In this document: piece after piece, positions 58,001 to 64,000 of the stretch | How the letters are laid out: the number at the start of each line of letters is the position of its first letter | Position numbering within the stretch: the stretch's first letter is position 1 | Source: Desulfomonilia bacterium | GTDB lineage: Bacteria; Desulfobacterota; Desulfomonilia; UBA1062 | NCBI GenBank assembly: GCA_050014195.1 | Contig: JBEKDT010000006.1 | Location: 1 to 64,000 of the forward strand | DNA: 64,000 nt | Direction of reading: 5' to 3' | Notes under the pieces: generated by a model | Databases searched by the model: none | What the model saw: only the letters and a program-made list of their open reading frames with translations | Told to the model about the DNA's origin: nothing | Program-made: the position numbers and the translations under genes

Positions 58001-58717
58001 ATGCAGACGTTTTCTATCCAATACTGTTTTGCCCCGGAGAAGGGTTGCCAGGAGATCTTTGATCTTAAAATTGATGCTCAAGACCTCAGTCTGCTTGCTG
58101 ACATACCTAAAACCCTCCCCGTATGGACAGAACTCAACTTTCATCAATGTCCGCATTGCCCTCTGAGAAATCCTCCACATCTCAGCTGCCCTCTTGCCGC
58201 ACATCTTGTCGATGTGGTGAGTCGTTTTGAAGACCTCGTATCTTATGACAATATCGAGTTAACCGTGATTACTCAGGAGAGGACCATATCCCAGTTCACG
58301 ACTGCCCAGAGAGCCATAAGCTCTCTGCTGGGCCTTATCAGCGCTACATCCGGATGTCCGCATACCGTCTTTTTCAGGCCCATGGCAAGGTATCATCTGC
58401 CCCTTGCAAGTGAAGATGAGACCATATACCGGGCCACATCAATGTATCTCCTTGCACAATATTTCAAGAAAAAAGAGGGCTTGGATCCGGATATCGAGTT
58501 TAACGGACTCAAAGAGTTCTATAAGAAGATCGAGATTGTGAATCAGACCATGGCAAAACGTTTGAAGGCTGCATCGGATACCGATTCGACGGTGAATGCA
58601 ATAATAATCTTAGATATGTATGCTAAGGTAGTGCCCTTCGGCATCAAGGACTCGCTTGAAGGAATACGCCATTTGTTTAACCCCTATTTTTCAAAAGAAC
58701 TGGTAACCGATGGGTGA
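58001..58717 (+). CDS. Conserved hypothetical protein (DUF6901-like)
   Basis: WTEL.FHQCPHCPL, CP.A, SGCP, PMARYHLP..S..ET. Confidence 0.75.
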   Translation: MQTFSIQYCFAPEKGCQEIFDLKIDAQDLSLLADIPKTLPVWTELNFHQCPHCPLRNPPHLSCPLAAHLVDVVSRFEDLVSYDNIELTVITQERTISQFTTAQRAISSLLGLISATSGCPHTVFFRPMARYHLPLASEDETIYRATSMYLLAQYFKKKEGLDPDIEFNGLKEFYKKIEIVNQTMAKRLKAASDTDSTVNAIIILDMYAKVVPFGIKDSLEGIRHLFNPYFSKELVTDG

Positions 58718-58782
58718 ACCTTTAAGGATTTTCTTAAAAGGGCTGTTATCCCGACAGGATGACATACCCAATGCGAGGGGAT

Positions 58783-59652
58783 TTATCTCGTATAATCCAG
58801 GACCCGTCTTGCTTCAACGATTCTAGGCAGGTAACGGTCACTATCGAGATCTTCTATCTTGATCTCACGTGAGTGTCTCGATGCTGCATGGATAAATTGG
58901 CCGTTTCCGACATAGAGCCCCACATGGTCGATCCAAGAGTGTTTCCTGTGATGCATATTAAAGAAGAGAAGGTCACCCGGCTTCAGAGCGGACAGGGGGA
59001 CGGCCTTTCCCTCAAGGGCCTGATCCCGTGATGAACGGCCCAATGGGATGCCGTTTTCGCTGAATACATGGCGGACGAATCCCGAACAATCAAACCCATC
59101 CGGAGTTGTTCCTCCATAACGGTATGGGGCACCCAGATAACTGTAGGCCGATTCCAGGATTTTCGAGGTCAGCTCGTCGAGTTCTCCATCATTTGAGCCC
59201 TGCCTGAATCTTTCAGAGGCATCTTTGGCGAGCCATAGATCGGTGGGTTCTTTGGGTGCGATGTCATCGCTCGAATTAGCCTCGATGTTACTATCTTCTT
59301 CCGATATCATTGCATGCCGGTGTTTTACGGTCTTTCCCTTATGTTTGGCGAGCCTGATCTTTTTGTAGTGCTTCTTGCCGAGGCCAGCTGATTCATTGGT
59401 GTATTTCTTGTTTGCAGTCTTCTTGACAATATGTGTTTTGTGGGTTGTCTTGGCCTTTTTAGATAAATGCTTGGTATGCTTCTTCTGTACGGATTGCTCC
59501 TGGGCCGCGTCTTTGCTTACGGCTGCAGCATTTATATCCATTCCCCGCGTAACCGGGACCTGGGCTGCCTGCCCATAATCCGCCCAGATGAGCCCCATAA
59601 CCATCATAAATATAACTGGAGCGAGCAAGAATCTACCCTGCATAATAACCAC
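58783..59652 (-). CDS. NlpC/P60 (C40) peptidoglycan endopeptidase with Lys/His-rich N-terminal linker
   Basis: LGAPYRYGG, GFDCSG, PGDLLFF, HVGLY, FIHA. Confidence 0.92.
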   Translation of the reverse strand: MVIMQGRFLLAPVIFMMVMGLIWADYGQAAQVPVTRGMDINAAAVSKDAAQEQSVQKKHTKHLSKKAKTTHKTHIVKKTANKKYTNESAGLGKKHYKKIRLAKHKGKTVKHRHAMISEEDSNIEANSSDDIAPKEPTDLWLAKDASERFRQGSNDGELDELTSKILESAYSYLGAPYRYGGTTPDGFDCSGFVRHVFSENGIPLGRSSRDQALEGKAVPLSALKPGDLLFFNMHHRKHSWIDHVGLYVGNGQFIHAASRHSREIKIEDLDSDRYLPRIVEARRVLDYTR

Positions 59653-59720
59653 CTCGTTCTCAGTTAATTAAGTTCATTATCTCGGCCCTGAAAAGTAGGC
59701 CACTGAAGTATGTATAGTAA

Positions 59721-59748
59721 TTATCGGCTTACCATCACATTTACTTTA
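59721..59748 (-). promoter_or_regulatory. sigma28 (FliA)-type promoter of the NlpC/P60 gene
   Basis: Minus strand TAAA-N16-GCCGATAA, with a perfect -10 box. Confidence 0.7.
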
Positions 59749-59940
59749 AGTCAAGGTAGAGACGTAACTGGTATAGATTATAGAGAGTTAAAAGATATTT
59801 AGGATCAGAGACTCAGGTGTAACCAGTTGAAATCCTTGGATCCGAGAAAAATATTCTTAAAATCGACCAAATAGTGAGAAATTTAATCATATCATTGATC
59901 ATTGACAAACATTATTCCTTAAGGCTATATGCGCGCATGT

Positions 59941-60058
59941 GTAGCCGAATTCCACCTTAAAAAGGTGGATACGGGGGACCCGTTCCATGGGGCGTATTCT
60001 TGCATAAGGATAGGGCACTTCCAAGCCCGAGCCCGTCAGCTAACCTCGTAGGCTTTTG
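59941..60058 (+). ncRNA. c-di-AMP (ydaO/yuaA) riboswitch
   Basis: GCCGAAT..ACGGGGGACC..GGGGCGTA..TAGGG..CCCGAGCCCGTCAGCTAACCTCGTAGGC, directly upstream of a KimA homolog. Confidence 0.93.
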
Positions 60059-60155
60059 GGAGGTTTGTCTTATGGTTGAAGATGGTTGGTGTATTCTCGT
60101 CTTGTCTATAATCCTGACAATTCTTGATAGACAATCTCTAAAAGGATGAGCCCGC

Positions 60156-62138
60156 ATGCCATACTATGACAAAAATGGACTCAGCCTGCCACACCGGATT
60201 CTCCATAAGATCATCGGCAAGCCTAGGGACCTGAACGAACCTTCTCTCTTTCACAAATTGAGTCTCATACCATTGCTCGCCTGGATCGGCCTGGGTGCTG
60301 ACGGTCTTTCATCATCCTCTTACGGACCGGAAGAGGCATTTCGGGCACTGGGGAATCACACCTACCTGGCGCTGCTTCTTGCCCTGGCAACTGCGTTTAC
60401 CGTGTTTGTGATCTCATATGCCTATTCACGCATTATCGAGCACTTCCCGCACGGCGGCGGCGGGTATATCGTTGCAACCCACACCATCGGACAGACTGCG
60501 GGTTTGATCTCGGGATGCGCACTCCTGGTTGACTATGTGCTCACCATCACCGTATCGCTCGCTGCCTGCGGAGATGCCATCTTCAGCTTTCTCCCCATGA
60601 ATTATCATATACTCAAGCTACCCCTTGTCGTGGTCCTTATTCTCTTTCTTGTGATTATGAACCTCAGGGGAGTAAAGGAATCCATCACCTTCTTGGCACC
60701 GATCTTCATCACCTTTATCGTCACTCATATCCTTTTGCTCGGTTATGGTATCGGGACACATTTCTTCAAGGCAGGCATCCTGGCCCGGGAGCTCCACGGT
60801 GATATCACCAGCGACATGGGTATTATTGGGATTATTGGCATCATGGCATTATTCCTCCGAGGATTCTCACTGGGCGGTGGAACCTATACCGGTCTGGAGG
60901 CGGTCTCCAACGGCATGCAGATCATGCGGGAGCCCAAAGTCGCCACCGGCAAGCGTACCATGCTCTACATGGCCCTCTCATTAGGAATAATGGCGGGCGG
61001 CCTTCTTGTTTGTTATCTGGTTTTCGACATTAAGCCCACAGAGGGACGTACATTGAATGCCATCCTTGCCGATGCGGTCTTCAGCAAATGGCCCTTGGGA
61101 AATAGCATCGCCCTGATCACTATCTTTTCCGAGGGAGCATTGCTCATGGTCGGTGCGCAAGCGGGGTTCATTGATGGACCCAGGGTTATGGCCAATATGG
61201 CCATCGACATGTGGTTCCCGCGCCGCTTCGCATCGCTTTCGGAACGCCTCAGCATGCAGGATGGCGTGCTCCTCATGGGCATATCCTCCATACTACTCCT
61301 CATTTATACGAAAGGCTCCGTTTCCGCCCTGGTGATCATGTATTCCATCAATGTCTTTCTTACCTTCTCCCTTTCGCAATTCGGGATGATCAGCTTTTAT
61401 TTGAAAAGAAGGGAAACCGAGACAGCCTGGATGAGGCATATCCCTGTCCATATCATTGGATTTGTCCTTTGTGTGACTATCCTGATTGTGACGGTCTCCA
61501 TCAAGTTCCAGGAAGGCGGGTGGATGACGCTCCTCATCACATCGTGCTTGATCAGTCTTTGTTATATCATTCGGGCACACTACCGCAGGGTTAGGAAAGG
61601 AACACGCTCGCTGGATGATATTCTCATGGGCATGTACCTGGAAGGCTCAAAGATCAACACCAATCCGCCTGATCCGAACGAGATGACCGCCATACTCCTC
61701 GTAAGCGGTTACGGCGGCTTTGGTCTCCACTCATTCCTTTCAATATTCAGGAACTTCCCGAATATGTATAAAAATTTCATCTTTGTCTCTATTGGTGAGA
61801 TCGACTCAGGCTCCTTTAAGGGTATTGATGAAGTAGAGGCGCTTAAGAGATCAGTGAAAGACGGTTTAAAAAAGTATGTAGATCTTGCCCGGAATCTCGG
61901 TTACCCCGCCGAATATCGTATGGACATCGGAACCGATGTAGTCGAGACAGCGACAAATCTCTGTGAATCCGTAGTTAAAGAGTATCCCCGGTCCATGATC
62001 TTTGCAGGTAAGCTGGTATTCCAGAAGGAGGGGATATTCCAGCGGTTTCTCCATAACGAGACGGCATTCGCCGTCCAGCGCCGGCTCCAGTGGGAAGGAG
62101 TGGCAATGGTAATCATGCCTATCCGGGTGATGATGTAA
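60156..62138 (+). CDS. kimA: KimA/YdaO-type K+ transporter (APC/KUP-like)
   Basis: D.LSSS.YGPEE, P.GGG.Y, LLVDYVLT, NLRG.KES, TG.EAVSNG; c-di-AMP riboswitch upstream. Confidence 0.85.
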   Translation: MPYYDKNGLSLPHRILHKIIGKPRDLNEPSLFHKLSLIPLLAWIGLGADGLSSSSYGPEEAFRALGNHTYLALLLALATAFTVFVISYAYSRIIEHFPHGGGGYIVATHTIGQTAGLISGCALLVDYVLTITVSLAACGDAIFSFLPMNYHILKLPLVVVLILFLVIMNLRGVKESITFLAPIFITFIVTHILLLGYGIGTHFFKAGILARELHGDITSDMGIIGIIGIMALFLRGFSLGGGTYTGLEAVSNGMQIMREPKVATGKRTMLYMALSLGIMAGGLLVCYLVFDIKPTEGRTLNAILADAVFSKWPLGNSIALITIFSEGALLMVGAQAGFIDGPRVMANMAIDMWFPRRFASLSERLSMQDGVLLMGISSILLLIYTKGSVSALVIMYSINVFLTFSLSQFGMISFYLKRRETETAWMRHIPVHIIGFVLCVTILIVTVSIKFQEGGWMTLLITSCLISLCYIIRAHYRRVRKGTRSLDDILMGMYLEGSKINTNPPDPNEMTAILLVSGYGGFGLHSFLSIFRNFPNMYKNFIFVSIGEIDSGSFKGIDEVEALKRSVKDGLKKYVDLARNLGYPAEYRMDIGTDVVETATNLCESVVKEYPRSMIFAGKLVFQKEGIFQRFLHNETAFAVQRRLQWEGVAMVIMPIRVMM

Positions 62139-62169
62139 GAGGAGAAACATCCGTGTTTGGTATCAGTCT

Positions 62170-62190
62170 GTAGTAGGGCTTTAGCCGCGA
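62170..62190 (+). repeat. Degenerate GTAG-family REP copy
   Basis: GTAGTAGGGCTTTAGCCGCGA vs GTAGGAGCGGCTTCAGCCGCGA; lies between convergent genes. Confidence 0.6.
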
Positions 62191-62248
62191 TCACCTCATT
62201 TCCCGGCATTGCTGGGTGGGGGAGCTTCATAGCAACCTGCCAACCCTC

Positions 62249-62845
62249 TCATCCCCTCGGGAAATATGTTGAAACGAGCTCCCTCACTTCCTTAAGCCAC
62301 TGTCGGCGCTGTTCCACCGTGCTCGTGACCATGATGCTGAATGTCCTGCGCTCGAACATCTGCACCCCGCATAGGCCGAAGATGCAGTTTTTCCATAGTG
62401 TCTCCAGAGGGTCTCCGAAGACCTGAACCTCGCGCTGGGCCTCGGTATTGGAGGTGTTGAATACAAGGGCTGTCTTGGCCTTGAGCAGGCCTTTCGACAC
62501 CCCTTCTCCCAAGTCTCCCTCCTCAAACTCGTATGCCACCCCGGGGCGGAAAACACGGTCGATCCACCCCTTGAGAATGGCAGGGGGCTGGCCCCACCAG
62601 TTGGGGTGGACAATGATAATGCCTTCAGCCTTTGCCATCTCATCGCAATACCGTTCGAGGTGAGGCGGCAGCGGGGCATCCATGAGGATCTCTTCCGAGA
62701 GCAGAATGGGGTCGAACCCTTCTTCATACAGGTCATGGAATAAGACCTTGTGTTCATTCTCACGAAGCTTGTCTATGGCTATCTCTGCAATGGCATGGTT
62801 AAAGCTCCCAGTATCCGGGTGGGCAAGGATCACGGATATTTTCAT
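62249..62845 (-). CDS. Flavodoxin-fold NAD(P)H:quinone oxidoreductase (KefF/MdaB family)
   Basis: AHP...SFN, DLY...FDP, P.WW...PA.LKGWIDRV. Confidence 0.9.
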   Translation of the reverse strand: MKISVILAHPDTGSFNHAIAEIAIDKLRENEHKVLFHDLYEEGFDPILLSEEILMDAPLPPHLERYCDEMAKAEGIIIVHPNWWGQPPAILKGWIDRVFRPGVAYEFEEGDLGEGVSKGLLKAKTALVFNTSNTEAQREVQVFGDPLETLWKNCIFGLCGVQMFERRTFSIMVTSTVEQRRQWLKEVRELVSTYFPRG

Positions 62846-62882
62846 ATCTCATTCCTTTGGTGTTGAAGCTTCATGATACATA

Positions 62883-64000
62883 TTAATCCCTCAGGAGTTC
62901 CCGGGCAATGACCAGCCTCTGGATTTCAGATGTACCCTCATAAATCGTAGTGGCCCGCGCATCGCGGTAGAGCCGCTCTACTTTGAAATCCTTGATGTAG
63001 CCGTATCCTCCGTGGATCTGCAGCGCCATATAGGCCGTCCTGTTCGCCATCTCAGAGGCAAACAGTTTTGCCATGGAGGCCTCTTTTGTGAACGGGACAT
63101 CCTGATCCTTTCTGCCGGCAGCCGACAGGGTGAGGAGGTGAGCCGCTTCGATTGAAGTCGCCATGTCTGCGATCATCCACTGGATCGCCTGGAACGAGCT
63201 GATGGACCTGCCGAACTGTTTTCGTTCCTTGGCATACCTTATGGCTTCATCCAGGCATGCCCGGGAGATCCCGAGGGCCTGCGAGGCAATACCTATTCGG
63301 CCGCTGTCCAAGGCCGTCATGGCGATCTTGAACCCGATCCCTGGCTTCCCGAGAAGGTTTTCTTTCGGGACCTTGCAGTCTTCGAAGATAAGCTCCACCG
63401 TGTTGGAGGCCCTCAAGCCCATCTTGTCTTCCCTTGAGCCCACGGAAAAGCCGGGGGTACCTTTCTCCACGATGAATGCCGAAAGGCCCTTGCTCCCCTT
63501 TTCCGGCCCGGTCCGGGCAATGAGGTTCACAACATCTGCATAAGCGCCATGGGTGATAAATACCTTGGTCCCATTGATGAGATAGTAGTCTCCCTTGTCC
63601 TCGGCCCTGATGGCTAAGCTTGCAGGATCTGAGCCGGAATTTGGCTCGGTAAGCGCAAAGCACCCGAGCATCTCTCCCTGTGCAAGCTTGATAAGGTATT
63701 TTATCTTCTGACCTTCATCGCCGAATTTGAGCAGCGGTTCGGTGGAGAGGTTGGCCACCGACATGGTAACCGCCGTAGATGCGCAGGCATAGGCAATCTC
63801 CTGAAGTGCCAGGCAGTAGCTGACCGCCCCCGCTCCCGACCCGCCGAACTCCAACGGCACCATCATGCCCAGCAGTCCGAGTTGACCCATCTTTTTCACT
63901 ACATCCGAAGGGAAGATCTCTTCTTTGTCTCTTTTCGCGGAAAAGGGCTCTAACTCCCTTTTTGCGAAGTCTCTGGCCATGAGTCTGACCATTTCCTGTT
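62883..64000 (-). CDS. Acyl-CoA dehydrogenase (5' end runs off the window)
   Basis: FALTEP.SGSD, NGTK.FIT, KMG.R, LDSGRIG, R.QFG, QIHGGYG, YEGTSEIQ. Confidence 0.95.
   Translation of the reverse strand, partial: QEMVRLMARDFAKRELEPFSAKRDKEEIFPSDVVKKMGQLGLLGMMVPLEFGGSGAGAVSYCLALQEIAYACASTAVTMSVANLSTEPLLKFGDEGQKIKYLIKLAQGEMLGCFALTEPNSGSDPASLAIRAEDKGDYYLINGTKVFITHGAYADVVNLIARTGPEKGSKGLSAFIVEKGTPGFSVGSREDKMGLRASNTVELIFEDCKVPKENLLGKPGIGFKIAMTALDSGRIGIASQALGISRACLDEAIRYAKERKQFGRSISSFQAIQWMIADMATSIEAAHLLTLSAAGRKDQDVPFTKEASMAKLFASEMANRTAYMALQIHGGYGYIKDFKVERLYRDARATTIYEGTSEIQRLVIARELLRD

Noticed and set aside
1-64000. tRNA, rRNA, intact transposase/integrase, prophage or defence genes
   Set aside because: None recognised by eye; a tRNAscan/Infernal/DefenseFinder run would be needed to exclude them formally.

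Overview
Bacterial chromosome segment; the gene content (group 3b [NiFe] hydrogenase, T2SS gspF-N, sigma54-driven flagellar genes, HD-GYP/GGDEF signalling, acyl-CoA dehydrogenase) is most consistent with an anaerobic Deltaproteobacteria/Desulfobacterota-like organism (inference). About 8.2-64 kb is mostly ordinary core genome: signalling genes, nadE, cheZ, rfbC, thiN, gspF-N, fliK-flgDE, motAB-fliLMNOPQR, mutS, ppiD, NlpC/P60, and a c-di-AMP riboswitch in front of kimA. The most unusual signal is in the AT-rich intergenic DNA of the first 14.3 kb. An unannotated non-coding repeat of about 170 bp occurs as three full gap-free copies (191, 2251, 7234), one truncated copy (7959), one inverted internally deleted copy (60-164) and a related half-site array (14173-14263). 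It is built from inverted AATCATCGGT-like half-sites, ends at a sigma54 -24-like TGGCACG, is mosaic between copies, and separates a radical-SAM gene, the hydrogenase operon and an orphan ORF. Other oddities: a tandem HD-GYP duplication bounded by a 58/61-bp direct repeat and an 18-bp heptamer-based inverted repeat, a T2SSE_N-FlhG fusion, a MotB paralog lacking the catalytic Asp, an MCP with a degenerate signalling tip, and a repeat hotspot at 34.6-34.95 kb. No rRNA, tRNA, CRISPR array or intact transposase/integrase was seen. All calls come from reading the sequence; no searches were run.
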